NCBI GenBank assembly: GCA_050125095.1
Contig: JASFEA010000022.1
Span: forward strand, 1-28,853
Direction of reading: 5' to 3'
DNA length: 28,853 bases
Source: a bacterium
GTDB taxonomy: Bacteria > Arandabacterota > Arandabacteria > Arandabacterales > JALGWA01
Below are positions 1 through 10,148 of this stretch, piece after piece; the first letter of the stretch is position 1; each line of letters opens with the position of its first letter. The notes under the pieces are model-generated. The model was not told the origin of the DNA, did not search any database, and worked only from the letters and a program-made list of their open reading frames with translations. Both the position numbers and the translations under genes were made by a program.

Positions 1-1
1 G

Positions 2-115
2 GGAGACGGTGGTCACGGTGGTGGCAAGGGCGACGGCGTCGATGGCCAAGGCGGCTGCGGCGGTGGCGACGGAGGAGATGAGGGCTCCGCCGAATCAGCG
101 CAAGGGATCGGATAG
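2..115 (+). CDS. 3' end of an upstream gene (partial), Gly/Asp-rich low-complexity C-terminal tail
   Basis: Frame 2 is open from the window edge: GDGGHGGGKGDGVDGQGGCGGGDGGDEGSAESAQGIG-TAG(113-115), ending 3 nt before the lolC/E ATG. The identity cannot be determined from this fragment. Confidence 0.55.
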   Translation, partial: GDGGHGGGKGDGVDGQGGCGGGDGGDEGSAESAQGIG

Positions 116-118
116 GAC

Positions 119-1342
119 ATGGGATACTCCCTTTACGTGGCGAGGAGATATTTCGGCGCCGGCAGGCGGAGCGGCTTCACCACGGCCATAACCGTAATAT
201 CGGTCATGGGAGTCGCGGTGGGCGTGCTCGCGCTTATCGTGGTGCTCGCCGTGATGAACGGCTTCGAGAGTGAAGTCATAAAGCGCATCATCGGCACCAA
301 CGCCCACGTGATAGTGAGGAACGAAAGCGGCATACGCGGCCTCGAGGAGACAATGGCCGAGATCGCCGGGCTTCCGCACGTGGAGGCGGTGGCGCCCTTT
401 GTCTTCTCAAAGGCCATGATAATGGGCCGCGACGGCACCGACGCCCTCTTCGTAAAGGGCATAGTGCCCGAGCTCGAGGGAGAGGTAACCGACTTCAAGG
501 ACTATGTCAAACCGGCCTATTTCTCCTTCGACAGGCGCGAGTCGGGGCTGGGGCGGATAGTGATCGGCAAGGAGATCGCCTACGGCATGAATCTCGCCGT
601 AGGGGATACCGTGCTGCTCGCGCGCGCCGAGCTCAGCAGCGACGTGCCCTTCGGCATATCGCCCGAGGTCGAGCGCTTCATAGTGGGGGGGTTCTTCGAT
701 TCCGGCATGTACGAGTACGACGCGTCGCTCGGTTTCTTAAGCCTCGAGGACGCCCAGGCCTTCTACGGCCTTGACGGAAAGGTAACCGGCCTCAGCGTCA
801 AGCTGGATGACATGTACAGGGCGCCCGAGGCGACAGTGCTGATAGGGGAGGTCATAGGGAGCAGCCTTCTGGTTACAAACTGGATACGTATGAACCGCAA
901 TCTATTCACCTGGATGAGGATGGAAAAAAAGGTGATGTTCATCATATTGACGCTCATCATCGTAGTGGCGGCGTTCAACATAGCGGGAACGCTGATAATG
1001 ATAGTAATGGAGAGAACCAAGGACATCGGCATCTTAAAATCCATGGGTGCGACTTCGCGCGGAGTTATGAGCATCTTCATGATGCACGGCGTCATGGTGG
1101 GAGCGGTGGGCACCGTGATCGGCGTCCTGGGAGGGATGGTACTGGCCTTCTTCGTTGACAGGTACCGGCTCATACAGCTCCCGGGCGACGTCTATTTCGT
1201 TGAGACCATACCGGTGCAGATGGAGTTTCTCGACGTCCTGCTGGTGGTGGGCGTGGCGCTTCTCATAAGTTTCGCGGCCACGATCTACCCGTCCTGGAGG
1301 GCGTCCAGGCTGGCGCCGGTGGAGGCCATAAGATATGAATGA
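119..1342 (+). CDS. lolE: Lipoprotein-releasing ABC transporter permease (LolC/LolE family, single copy, LolF-like)
   Basis: N-terminal 'VARRYF...GVAVGVLALIVVLAVMNGFE', periplasmic 'FDSGMYEYD', FtsX-type C-terminus 'AAFNI...ERTKDIGILKSMGA...YPSWRASRLAPVEAIRYE'; directly followed by lolD. Confidence 0.93.
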   Translation: MGYSLYVARRYFGAGRRSGFTTAITVISVMGVAVGVLALIVVLAVMNGFESEVIKRIIGTNAHVIVRNESGIRGLEETMAEIAGLPHVEAVAPFVFSKAMIMGRDGTDALFVKGIVPELEGEVTDFKDYVKPAYFSFDRRESGLGRIVIGKEIAYGMNLAVGDTVLLARAELSSDVPFGISPEVERFIVGGFFDSGMYEYDASLGFLSLEDAQAFYGLDGKVTGLSVKLDDMYRAPEATVLIGEVIGSSLLVTNWIRMNRNLFTWMRMEKKVMFIILTLIIVVAAFNIAGTLIMIVMERTKDIGILKSMGATSRGVMSIFMMHGVMVGAVGTVIGVLGGMVLAFFVDRYRLIQLPGDVYFVETIPVQMEFLDVLLVVGVALLISFAATIYPSWRASRLAPVEAIRYE

Positions 1343-2027
1343 TGCTGCTCTATTGGATGTCAGGGGGTTGAGCAAGTCATATGTCACCGGGCCGGAGGTG
1401 CTGGAGGTGCTTAAGGACGTCAACCTGACGCTGCGGGCCGGCGAGGTCCTCGCCATCGTGGGCCCCTCGGGGGTCGGCAAGAGCACGCTGCTCCACATTC
1501 TGGGGGCCCTCGACAGGCCCGACTCGGGCACGGTTTGCGTCGACGGCGAGAACGTCTTTTCCATGGACGACGCGCGCCTGGCGGGATTCAGAAACGCCAC
1601 CTTCGGGTTCGTCTTCCAGTTCCATCATCTCCTGAGCGAGTTCACTGCCCTCGAGAACGTGATGATGCCCTGTCTCATAAGCGGCATGCCCGAGCCGGAA
1701 GCCCTGAAACGGGCAGCGAAAGTGCTCGGGGAGGACGTGGCCCTGAGGGAGCGTTTCGAGCACAGGCCCAGGGAGCTCTCGGGGGGCGAGCAGCAGCGCG
1801 TGGCCGTTGCCAGGGCCCTTGTCATGGAGCCGCGCGTGGTCTTCGCGGACGAACCTTCCGGGAATCTCGACCCCGAGCACAGCGAGTCCCTGCACAATCT
1901 TCTCTTCGAACTCAGGGACACGCGGGGCCAGAGTTTCGTGCTGGTGACTCACAGCACCGACCTGGCCAGGCGCGCCGACCGGGTGTTAAAACTCTTTGAC
2001 GGTTCCGTGGAGGAAGTTAAGATATAG
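1335..2027 (+). CDS. lolD: Lipoprotein-releasing ABC transporter ATP-binding protein
   Basis: Walker A GPSGVGKST, LolD-type FVFQFHHLL, signature LSGGEQQRVAVARAL, ADEPSGNLD; overlaps the lolE stop by 8 nt. Confidence 0.93.
   Translation: MNDAALLDVRGLSKSYVTGPEVLEVLKDVNLTLRAGEVLAIVGPSGVGKSTLLHILGALDRPDSGTVCVDGENVFSMDDARLAGFRNATFGFVFQFHHLLSEFTALENVMMPCLISGMPEPEALKRAAKVLGEDVALRERFEHRPRELSGGEQQRVAVARALVMEPRVVFADEPSGNLDPEHSESLHNLLFELRDTRGQSFVLVTHSTDLARRADRVLKLFDGSVEEVKI
1996..2023 (+). promoter_or_regulatory. Putative sigma70-type internal promoter for mcsA-mcsB-clpC
   Basis: TTGACG(1996-2001)-16 nt-TAAGAT(2018-2023) inside the 3' end of lolD; SD GGAGGTG at 2039-2045 before the mcsA ATG at 2050. 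Confidence 0.5.
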
Positions 2028-2049
2028 GTGGGAAGAGTGGAGGTGAAAG

Positions 2050-2529
2050 ATGATCTGTGACAATTGCGGCAAGGAGCCGGCGACGGTTCACTACAAGGAA
2101 ATGCGTGGAGATGAGTCCACGGAGTACCACCTCTGCGAGAAATGCGCCATGGAGAAGGGCATACAGATCAAGCCCCAGAAGAAGTCCTTTACCGTATCCA
2201 ATATCCTGGCAGGCATGGCCGACGAGGTCGGCTCCGACCTGGAGACCTGTGAGGGCTGCGGCCTCACCTACAGGGAGTTCAAGGAATCCGGGAGACTGGG
2301 CTGCGCCCAGTGCTACGAGTCTTTCAAGGAGCAGCTCAGGCCGCTCCTGAGGCGCATACACGGGTCCAACGCCCATATGGGCAAGAGCCCGAGCTCGAGG
2401 CAGGGCGTATTCGAAAAGAAGAAGGAAATAGAGAAGCTTAAAGAGGAGTTGTCCGCGGCCATCGAAAGGGAGGAGTTCGAGCGGGCGGCCGAGCTCCGCG
2501 ACAAGCTGAAGGAGCTTGAGTGCGGATAG
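2050..2529 (+). CDS. mcsA: McsA, activator of the protein-arginine kinase (four CXXC motifs plus C-terminal UVR domain)
   Basis: CDNC, CEKC, CEGC and CAQC motifs, 'GRLGCAQCY', 'RIHGSNAHMGKSP', UVR-like 'AIEREEFERAAELRDKLKEL'; immediately upstream of mcsB. Confidence 0.92.
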   Translation: MICDNCGKEPATVHYKEMRGDESTEYHLCEKCAMEKGIQIKPQKKSFTVSNILAGMADEVGSDLETCEGCGLTYREFKESGRLGCAQCYESFKEQLRPLLRRIHGSNAHMGKSPSSRQGVFEKKKEIEKLKEELSAAIEREEFERAAELRDKLKELECG

Positions 2530-2580
2530 GCCCCGGCCCGTATCCTGCGGCGGATTGCGCTCCGATAGAGGTGCCGTCTG

Positions 2581-3660
2581 ATGACTGTTGAAGACATGGC
2601 GAAAGTGCCGAGCCCCTGGCTGGTCGGCGAAAGCGAATGGTGCGAGTCGGTGGTCTCGACGCGCGTGAGGCTCGCGAGGAATCTCTCCGCTTTCGCGTTC
2701 TGCCACACGGCGACGTCCGAGGACCTCGGGCTGGCGCGGGATAAAATGCATGACGCCGTCATGTCCACGAACACGCTCAAGACGGGCACATACATAGTGA
2801 TGAGCCAGATTGAGGAGCTGGACCGCCAGTTCCTGGTAGAGAGGCATCTCATAAGCCAGGAGCAGGCCGAGAAGTCGGGCGTGAGGGCCGTCGTGGTCGG
2901 GGACAACGAGATGGTAAGCGTAATGATCAACGAGGAGGACCATCTCAGGCTGCAGTCCATCCAGCCGGGGTTTTCGTCAACCGAGGCCTGGCGGCTGGTG
3001 GACAGGCTGGACACCGAGCTCGATCAGAAACTCGAATTCGCCTTTTCATGCGACTGGGGTTACCTGTCGGCATGCCCCACCAACACCGGGACGGGGATGC
3101 GGGCCTCCATGCTCGTGCATCTTCCGGCACTTGTGCTGACAGGGCAGATTAACCGGGTCCTCCAGGGGATCAGCCAGATGGGCCTCGCCGTCAGGGGTTT
3201 CTACGGCGAGGGCAGTGACGTGATGGGGAACTTATTCCAGATATCGAATCGCACGGCGCTTGGCACGTCGGAGCTGGACATATTGCAGAGTTTGGACAAT
3301 GTTGTCAGGAAGGTTCTGGAGATGGAGAAGCACGGCAGAGAGGTTTTGCTAAGGGATGCCCGCTCACAGATCGAAGATAAGATTTGGAGGGCTTACGGCC
3401 TCCTGAAGTACGCCCGGAGAGTAACCTCTCAGGAGGTTATGTCATTAAGCTCCGCCGTGAGGCTGGGCAAGTGCATGGGACTGGTAGACAACGTGTCCAT
3501 CGGGGCGCTTAACCGGATGCTGTTCATGAGCCAGCCCGCGCATCTGCAGAAGGGGCTCGGCAGGGAGATGAGCCCGGGCCAGAGGGACGAGGAGAGGGCG
3601 AACATGGTAAGGAACATTCTCAAAGAGGAAGAGTCCAGGGCCAGCGCCGATAATCGATAA
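2581..3660 (+). CDS. mcsB: Protein-arginine kinase McsB (ATP:guanido phosphotransferase family)
   Basis: 'STRVRLARNL', 'LVERHLIS', 'INEEDHLRLQ', 'YLSACPTNTGTGMRAS', 'RGFYGEGS', 'FQISN'; lies between mcsA and clpC. Confidence 0.94.
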   Translation: MTVEDMAKVPSPWLVGESEWCESVVSTRVRLARNLSAFAFCHTATSEDLGLARDKMHDAVMSTNTLKTGTYIVMSQIEELDRQFLVERHLISQEQAEKSGVRAVVVGDNEMVSVMINEEDHLRLQSIQPGFSSTEAWRLVDRLDTELDQKLEFAFSCDWGYLSACPTNTGTGMRASMLVHLPALVLTGQINRVLQGISQMGLAVRGFYGEGSDVMGNLFQISNRTALGTSELDILQSLDNVVRKVLEMEKHGREVLLRDARSQIEDKIWRAYGLLKYARRVTSQEVMSLSSAVRLGKCMGLVDNVSIGALNRMLFMSQPAHLQKGLGREMSPGQRDEERANMVRNILKEEESRASADNR

Positions 3661-3677
3661 GTGCCAGGAGGTTTTCG

Positions 3678-6173
3678 ATGCACGACAAGTTCACCGACAG
3701 AGTGAGAAGAGTGATGTTCCTCGCCAGGGAAGAGGCAGCGAGGCTGCATCACGACTACATAGGTACGGAACATCTGCTGTTGGGAATAGTCAGGGAGGGT
3801 GAGGGACTTGCCGCCACCATCGTGACCAATCTGGGCATAGACCTGGACGTCATAAGGCGCACCATCGAGAGCATGGTGCCGTCCTCGAGCGGCTCGGTGA
3901 CGATAGGCGAGATCCCCTTCACGCCGAGGGCCAAGCGCGTGCTCGAGCTCTCGGTGGAAGAGGCCAAGAATCTGCAGCACAACTACGTCGGTACCGAGCA
4001 CCTTCTGCTGGGGCTCATACGCGAGGGAGAGGGCATAGCCGCCCGCGTGCTGCTCGAGTTCGGGGCCGATTTCAAGCGCGTAAAGGACGAGGTCGTGAGA
4101 CTCATAGGCGGGAGCCCGCGCTCTCAGCGGGCGGCCAAGCATGACGCCAAGGCCGAGAGCCCTGCCCTGGACCAGTTCGGACGCGACCTCACCGAGCTCG
4201 CGCGGCAGGGCAAGCTCGACCCCGTAATAGGCAGGGAGGTCGAGATCGAGCGCGTCATACAGGTGCTCTGCAGGCGCAAGAAGAACAATCCCGTCCTCAT
4301 CGGAGAGCCCGGTGTCGGCAAGACGGCAATCGTCGAAGGGCTCTCGACCAAGATAGTAGAGAGCAAGGTGCCCGAGCTCCTGAGGACGATGCGAGTGGTG
4401 GCTCTCGACCTCGCGGCCATAGTGGCCGGCACCAAGTACAGGGGCCAGTTCGAGGAGCGCCTCAAGGCCATCATCAACGAAATCAAGGAAGTCAGTAATA
4501 TAATCATATTCATCGACGAGCTGCATACCATAGTCGGGGCCGGCGGCGCCGAGGGGGCAATCGACGCGTCCAATATGCTTAAGCCGGCCTTGGCGCGGGG
4601 CGAGCTCCAGTGCATCGGGGCAACCACCATGGACGAGTACCGCAAATACATCGAGAAGGACGGCGCCCTGGAGAGGAGATTCCAGCCCATAATGGTGTCC
4701 CCGCCGAGCGTGGAGGAGACAATCGAAATCATAAAGGGGCTTCGCGACAAGTACGAGGCCCATCACCGCGTCAGGATCACCGACGAGGCCATAGTCTCGG
4801 CGGCGAGTCTCGCGGACAGGTATATCAAGGACCGCTACCTTCCCGACAAGGCCATCGACGTCATAGACGAGGCCGGGGCGAGGGCCAGGCTGAGCGTATC
4901 ATCGGTTCCGCCCGACGTGAGGGAGCTCGAGGCCAAGCTCGCCAATCTCGTGGCCGAGAAGGAGAGCTACATACGCAAGCAGGACTTCGAGAACGCGGCG
5001 CGCATCAGGGACCACGAGCGCGAGATGAGAGGCGAGCTCGACGAGGTCAAGAAAAACTGGAAACAGGCGACCGACGGGGCCGACGTCAAGGTGGACGGCG
5101 AGTCGGTAGGCTTCATAGTGGCCCGCATGACGGGCATCCCGGTTGTGAGGATCAAGGAAGAGGAATCGGCCAAGCTCCTGAGGATGGAAGACGAGCTCCG
5201 CAAGAGGATAGTCGGCCAGGACGAGGCGCTGACGGCTGTTTCAAAGGCCATAAGGCGAGGGCGCGCCGGGCTCAAGGACCCCAGACGGCCCATTGGCTCC
5301 TTCTTCTTCCTCGGGCCCACGGGCGTCGGCAAGACCGAGCTCGCCCGGGCGCTCACGGAGTTCATGTTCGGCGACGAGCAGTCGCTTATACGCATAGACA
5401 TGTCGGAGTACATGGAGAAGTTCTCCGTATCGAGGCTCGTGGGCGCGCCCCCGGGCTACGTAGGCTACGAAGAGGGCGGCCAGCTCACCGAGAAGGTGCG
5501 GCGCCGGCCGTACTCGGTCATCCTCCTGGACGAGATCGAGAAGGCCCATCCGGAGGTCTTCAACATCCTGCTGCAGGTCCTCGAGGACGGCCAGCTCACC
5601 GACTCCTTCGGAAGAACGGTTGACTTTAAAAACTGCGTTGTCATAATGACCTCTAATGTCGGCACGAGGAAGATAAAGAGCACGGGGTCCATGGGATTCC
5701 ACCGTAGCGACGTCGACCTCGACCACATGCAGATGAGAGACAAGGTGCTGGAGGAGCTCAAGCGGACCTTCAATCCCGAGTTCCTCAACCGCGTCGACGA
5801 GATTATAGTCTTCAGGTCGCTCGGCATGCCGGAGATCGAGAAGATCATCGAGATACTGCTTGCCGAGGTCCAGCATAGAGTGAAGGCTTACGGGCTGACG
5901 CTGAACCTGACGTCGGAGGCGAAGCAACTCCTCATCGAGAGAGGCTTCGACCCGTCGCTCGGCGCCAGGCCCCTGAGAAGGACCATACAGCGCTACCTCG
6001 AAGACCCCCTGGCGGAGGAGGTGCTTAAGGGTGGATACGGGCCGGGTTCGGTCGTCAAGGTCTGCAGAAAGAAGGATGCGCTCTCATTCGAGTGCAAGGC
6101 GTCGGCCTCCAAGGAGAAGGTGGCCATCAGTGAGTCCAAGGAGAAGGAGCTTGAAGAGAAGGAGCTCCCTTAG
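3678..6173 (+). CDS. clpC: ATP-dependent Clp protease ATPase subunit ClpC
   Basis: Two Clp-N repeats (FTDR...[12 protein letters not shown]...GTEHLLLG), two AAA+ modules ([16 protein letters not shown]), short UVR-type M domain ([12 protein letters not shown]), ClpP-docking 'MGF' loop; SD AGGAGG at 3666-3671. Confidence 0.95.
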   Translation: MHDKFTDRVRRVMFLAREEAARLHHDYIGTEHLLLGIVREGEGLAATIVTNLGIDLDVIRRTIESMVPSSSGSVTIGEIPFTPRAKRVLELSVEEAKNLQHNYVGTEHLLLGLIREGEGIAARVLLEFGADFKRVKDEVVRLIGGSPRSQRAAKHDAKAESPALDQFGRDLTELARQGKLDPVIGREVEIERVIQVLCRRKKNNPVLIGEPGVGKTAIVEGLSTKIVESKVPELLRTMRVVALDLAAIVAGTKYRGQFEERLKAIINEIKEVSNIIIFIDELHTIVGAGGAEGAIDASNMLKPALARGELQCIGATTMDEYRKYIEKDGALERRFQPIMVSPPSVEETIEIIKGLRDKYEAHHRVRITDEAIVSAASLADRYIKDRYLPDKAIDVIDEAGARARLSVSSVPPDVRELEAKLANLVAEKESYIRKQDFENAARIRDHEREMRGELDEVKKNWKQATDGADVKVDGESVGFIVARMTGIPVVRIKEEESAKLLRMEDELRKRIVGQDEALTAVSKAIRRGRAGLKDPRRPIGSFFFLGPTGVGKTELARALTEFMFGDEQSLIRIDMSEYMEKFSVSRLVGAPPGYVGYEEGGQLTEKVRRRPYSVILLDEIEKAHPEVFNILLQVLEDGQLTDSFGRTVDFKNCVVIMTSNVGTRKIKSTGSMGFHRSDVDLDHMQMRDKVLEELKRTFNPEFLNRVDEIIVFRSLGMPEIEKIIEILLAEVQHRVKAYGLTLNLTSEAKQLLIERGFDPSLGARPLRRTIQRYLEDPLAEEVLKGGYGPGSVVKVCRKKDALSFECKASASKEKVAISESKEKELEEKELP

Positions 6174-8544
6174 AGCACCGGCAACTCACAGTCTGCGCAT
6201 TCCTGAAAACGCCCCCTGTCCCGGCAGGGGTGCGCCCGCTTGCCTCCTGGTCCTGATTCTGGCGCTGCTGGCAATAGCGCCGCCCTCCCAGGCCGACCCG
6301 CCGCCCAACTCGTTGGTCATCAATGAGATAGCCGTAGAGGGAAACCAGCGCGCCAGCGAGGCGGCCATTGTCAACACATTCGGGCTCGAAACCGGCGAGG
6401 AGCATCTCTATTCGGAAGTGAGGGAGGCCCTGGAGCGCCTTTACGGCATGGGCATGTTCGACGATATCAGGCTCTATATCGACAGGGTACCGGGCGGAGA
6501 GCGGATCACACTCGAGGTTGTCGAAAGGCCCGTTGTCGCTTCGCTCAAGATAAGGGGCAATGACAAGGTGAGTGAAAAGGACATCCGTGAGAAGATAGAG
6601 ATCTCAGTCGGCTCGTCCTTAAATCCCAGGCTGGTCCAGAAGAGCATTCTCGGCATAAAGGAAGCCTGCAGGGAGAAAGGGTACTACTTCGCCGAGGCCT
6701 CGCATGTAATCGAACAGCGCACCGAAACCAGCGTAACGCTCATATTCGAGGTGAACGAGGGAGTCAAGGTCAAGGTCGGAAGCATCAACTTCGAGGGAAA
6801 CAGGGAAGTGAGCGACGGCGACCTCAGAGACGCGATGGAGACCAAGACACGCAAGTGGCTCATGAGCCAGGACTACAAGCCGGACGACTTCGAAGCCGAC
6901 CTCCAGCGCATCGAGACTGCCCTCAAAGACAGGGGCTTCAGGGATGCCCGGATCGTCGATTACGACGTGACCTTCGACGAGAAAGAGGGCAAGGCCGATA
7001 TCACCATCACGGTGGACGAGGGCCGGCGCTACTACGTGGACAAGGTGAGCGTCGTCATGACCGCCGCAGGCGATTCGGCCGACGTCCTGAGCGGCATGAC
7101 GTTTGAGGACGCGCTGGAGCTGAAGGCCGGCGAGCCTTACAGCCTTGGGGACTACCAGGGCACGCTCGAGAGAGTCTACTCTGCGGTCGGAGACTACGGC
7201 TTTGTCTACGCGGAGGTGATCCCCGAGGAGATCGTCCACGGCGACAGCGTGGACGTCGTCTTCAGGGTGCGGCCGAATGAGGCCGTGCACGTCAGGCGCA
7301 TCATCATAGAGGGCAACACCGTTACTTTCGAGAAGGTCATAAGGCGCGAGCTCACCATAAGGCCGGGCGACATCCTGAGAAGGACGGTAGTGGAGCGCAG
7401 CCATCGCGATGTCTTCAACCTGGGCTATTTCAACGACGTTCAGGTGGGCACAAATGTGGCAAATGAAAAGGGAGACATCGATCTCATCTTCAAAGTTGAA
7501 GAGAGGCCGACGGGAATCGGCAATGTCGGCATCGGCTATACCGGCGAGTTTGGCTTCACCGGTTTCATAGAGTTCTCGCATAACAACGTGGGATGGTTTT
7601 CCAAGTTCCCGTGGCTGGGCCTGGGCAAAGGGGAGAACCTCAACCTGAGGTGGGAATTCGGAAAGTTATCCCAGATAGAGCTGTCCTGGAGAAACCCGTG
7701 GTTCATGGACTCCAGGACGCTGGTGGGATTCGACATTTACGCGACGCGCCGGGAATACGAGACTTATGCGGACCGGAGGGACGGCTTCTCCGTCCTGCTG
7801 GGGACGAGGTTTCCTCTCATCGACTACTCGCAGATCTTCTGGCGCTACCGCCTGGAGCGCAGGGAGCTCGACCCCGATCCCGCCAAGGCCAGCGAGGCCG
7901 TGCTCGCCCAGGCCGGCAGCAACCGGACTTCGAGCATCGTGATCACCTTCTCCCGCAACAGCGTGGACAACCCTTTCTTCCCCAGGAACGGATCCAAGAC
8001 CACCGTTACGGCCGAGCTCGCCGGGGGCAAACTGCTCGGGGGAGACAGCGACTACCAGAGCTATATCCTGGACAACTCCCATTTCATGCCCATGTTTCAC
8101 GGAACGGCCCTGGTTCTTAGGGGAAGAGCCGGAGTGCTGGACGGGCTGGGGTCGCACGGTTATATTCCCATTTACGAGAGGTATCGCCTCGGGGGCACGT
8201 CCATCGACGGCATCAGGGGTTACACGGAGCGGGAAATCGTCCCCGAGGGAAACGCGCTCGACGAGGGTGGCCGATTCTTCGTCCTGGGTTCCCTGGAGTA
8301 CAGGGTGCCCGTGGTGCCCAACAAGGCTTTCCTGCTGGCCTTTGCCGACGCGGGGGAGACCTGGAACAGCCTGTCGGCGTCGCGGCCGGGGTACCTGAGA
8401 AAGTCCGTGGGTGCGGGCTTCAGGATCTTCATCCCCATGATGGGGACGATAGGATTCGATTTTGCATATGGATTCGACCGTGATAGGATTTACGGTGGTC
8501 CGAGCTGGGAGACGCACTTCCAGTTCGGGATGTCTCGCTACTAG
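6151..8544 (+). CDS. bamA: Outer membrane protein assembly factor BamA
   Basis: POTRA repeats (IAVEGNQR, IRGNDKV, INFEGNREV, IIIEGNTVTFEKVIRREL), beta-barrel with IRGY motif, signal-like 'ACLLVLILALLAIAPPSQA'. Start inferred at TTG 6151 (SD AAGGAG 6138-6143), overlapping the clpC end; the start is uncertain. Confidence 0.9.
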   Translation: MKRRSSLRAPATHSLRIPENAPCPGRGAPACLLVLILALLAIAPPSQADPPPNSLVINEIAVEGNQRASEAAIVNTFGLETGEEHLYSEVREALERLYGMGMFDDIRLYIDRVPGGERITLEVVERPVVASLKIRGNDKVSEKDIREKIEISVGSSLNPRLVQKSILGIKEACREKGYYFAEASHVIEQRTETSVTLIFEVNEGVKVKVGSINFEGNREVSDGDLRDAMETKTRKWLMSQDYKPDDFEADLQRIETALKDRGFRDARIVDYDVTFDEKEGKADITITVDEGRRYYVDKVSVVMTAAGDSADVLSGMTFEDALELKAGEPYSLGDYQGTLERVYSAVGDYGFVYAEVIPEEIVHGDSVDVVFRVRPNEAVHVRRIIIEGNTVTFEKVIRRELTIRPGDILRRTVVERSHRDVFNLGYFNDVQVGTNVANEKGDIDLIFKVEERPTGIGNVGIGYTGEFGFTGFIEFSHNNVGWFSKFPWLGLGKGENLNLRWEFGKLSQIELSWRNPWFMDSRTLVGFDIYATRREYETYADRRDGFSVLLGTRFPLIDYSQIFWRYRLERRELDPDPAKASEAVLAQAGSNRTSSIVITFSRNSVDNPFFPRNGSKTTVTAELAGGKLLGGDSDYQSYILDNSHFMPMFHGTALVLRGRAGVLDGLGSHGYIPIYERYRLGGTSIDGIRGYTEREIVPEGNALDEGGRFFVLGSLEYRVPVVPNKAFLLAFADAGETWNSLSASRPGYLRKSVGAGFRIFIPMMGTIGFDFAYGFDRDRIYGGPSWETHFQFGMSRY

Positions 8545-8560
8545 TGGAGGGAACAAGTAT

Positions 8561-9091
8561 ATGAAGAGGACGGCAATCGCGTTCCTGATGATATTGCTCC
8601 TGGCGGCCTCCGCGGCCTGGTCCCAGCAGAAGATCGGTTTCGTAAACATGCGGACCATATTCGACCAGTACTCCGCCAAGAAAGAGGCGGAGACCGTCTT
8701 CGAGAGGGAGATGGAGGACCTGAACAGGCAGGTTACGGAGAAGGAAGAGAGGATAAAGGCCCTTGCCGACTCGATAGAGTCCATGCGCTATGTGGCGAGC
8801 GAGGAGCGCATCAGGGCCAGGCAGCGCAACCTGGAGTCGCTGCAGCAGGAGTACGTCAGGTTCATGCAGGAAGCCGAGGTGACGGCTGCCCAGCGCAACG
8901 AGGAGCTGACTCGTCCCATTGAAGAGGCCATATTGCAGGCGGCCGAGGAGATCGGCGAGAAGGAGAATTTCGACTTGATACTGGACGCCGGGGCGGGTAT
9001 CGTAGTGTATTCGAAGCCCGAGTACGACCTTACTGATCAGGTGCTCCAGAAACTGGAAGAACTCAGGACCTCAACGACGACGACTGAGTAA
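8561..9091 (+). CDS. skp: Periplasmic chaperone Skp/OmpH
   Basis: Signal peptide [21 protein letters not shown], 'KIGFVN', coiled-coil body, 'FDLILD...YDLTDQVL'; canonical position bamA-skp-lpxD; SD GGAGGG upstream. Confidence 0.92.
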   Translation: MKRTAIAFLMILLLAASAAWSQQKIGFVNMRTIFDQYSAKKEAETVFEREMEDLNRQVTEKEERIKALADSIESMRYVASEERIRARQRNLESLQQEYVRFMQEAEVTAAQRNEELTRPIEEAILQAAEEIGEKENFDLILDAGAGIVVYSKPEYDLTDQVLQKLEELRTSTTTTE

Positions 9092-9113
9092 TCCCTTCAT
9101 CGGGCCCGGCAAT

Positions 9114-10148
9114 ATGGAGATTCCGCTAAAAGAACTCGCTGAGATCATAGGCGGCGATGTCGCCGGCGACGGTTCGGTTATGATCAGCGGGGTGGGGGGT
9201 ATCAGGGAGGCCCGGGCCGGGGACGTCACCTTCCTGGCAGACCCCCGATATGAGAAGTTCCTCAAGACCACAAAGGCCTCGGCGGTAATAGCCCCGCGCG
9301 GGACTGCGCATGAGGGCATGCCCCTCATACTCTGCGAGAATCCGTACCTCTGTTTCATAAGGGCCGTCAAGCACTTCATTCCCGAGGAGAACGGCCGCCC
9401 GGCTGGCGTTCATCCCACGGCGGTCATCGCAGAGGGAGCGAGGCTCGGGAAGGGGACGGCCGTCGGCCCGCATGCGGTCATAGAAGACGGAGTAGCCGTC
9501 GGCGACGGCACGGCGATACTCGCTGGCGTTTTCGTCGGCCGCCGTTCCAGTATAGGCGCCGGCTGCCTCATCTATCCGAATGTCTCAATCCGGGAGGATA
9601 CCACGATCGGCGACCGCGTGATTATCCACTGCGGGGCCGTCATCGGGTCCGACGGCTTCGGCTACGCCCGGGACGGCGAAGTCCACCGCAAGATACCCCA
9701 GATCGGCAATGTCGTCATCGAGGACGATGTCGAGGTCGGGGCCAATTCCACAATCGACCGTGCCGCCACGGGAAGCACCACCATAGGAAAGGGAACCAAG
9801 ATCGACAACCTGGCCATGATTGCCCACAACGTGACAATCGGCGAGAACTGCATCGTCATCGCCCAGGTGGGAATCAGCGGCAGCACGGACATCGGCAATA
9901 ACGTGAACCTGGCCGGCCAGGCCGGTATCGCAGGCCATGTGAAGGTCGGCGACGGGGCCGTCATCGCCGCGCAGGCCGGGGTCACCAAGTCCGTAAAACC
10001 CGGCGCCTGCGTGTCCGGCTATCCCGCGCGTGAGCACAGCCTCGCCAGGAAGATATACGCAAGCCTTCAGAAGCTGCCCGAACTCGTCAAGAGAGTCGCC
10101 GACCTCAGCGAGCGAGTCAAGAAGCTCGAGGAGAAATCGGATGCCTGA
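9114..10148 (+). CDS. lpxD: UDP-3-O-acyl-glucosamine N-acyltransferase
   Basis: N-terminal uridine-binding domain (VTFLADPRY...NPYLCF), hexapeptide repeats, 'IGSDGFGY', 'KIPQIGNV', 'TIDRA', '[12 protein letters not shown]', 'GISGS'. Confidence 0.95.
   Translation: MEIPLKELAEIIGGDVAGDGSVMISGVGGIREARAGDVTFLADPRYEKFLKTTKASAVIAPRGTAHEGMPLILCENPYLCFIRAVKHFIPEENGRPAGVHPTAVIAEGARLGKGTAVGPHAVIEDGVAVGDGTAILAGVFVGRRSSIGAGCLIYPNVSIREDTTIGDRVIIHCGAVIGSDGFGYARDGEVHRKIPQIGNVVIEDDVEVGANSTIDRAATGSTTIGKGTKIDNLAMIAHNVTIGENCIVIAQVGISGSTDIGNNVNLAGQAGIAGHVKVGDGAVIAAQAGVTKSVKPGACVSGYPAREHSLARKIYASLQKLPELVKRVADLSERVKKLEEKSDA

Noticed and set aside
113..121. In-frame TAG-GAC-ATG junction between the upstream gene and lolE (amber readthrough?)
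   Set aside because: TAG ends many full-length genes here at their expected C-termini, and in-frame adjacency occurs by chance one time in three.
9..191. 60-aa + strand ORF from the track
   Set aside because: It is an alternate frame overlapping the upstream gene tail and lolE, with no recognisable features.
1985..2001. Possible CtsR box upstream of mcsA
   Set aside because: Only one TTTGAC half-site is present; the second heptad matches 3/7, and there is no ctsR in the window.
3260..3276. TTGGCACG, resembling a sigma54 -24 element inside mcsB
   Set aside because: The GC of the -12 element is one base out of register and lacks the preceding TT.
6031..6150. Extended bamA N-terminus from the ORF track (likewise the upstream extensions at 8462, 10030, 18413, 18978, 23225 and 24755)
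   Set aside because: These are alternate-frame reads of the preceding genes; downstream starts with SD sequences or stop/start overlaps fit the protein families better.
6213..6230. CCCCTG-N6-CAGGGG hairpin after the clpC stop as a terminator
   Set aside because: There is no U-tract on the + strand and it lies within the inferred bamA signal-peptide coding region; at most a processing or stability hairpin.
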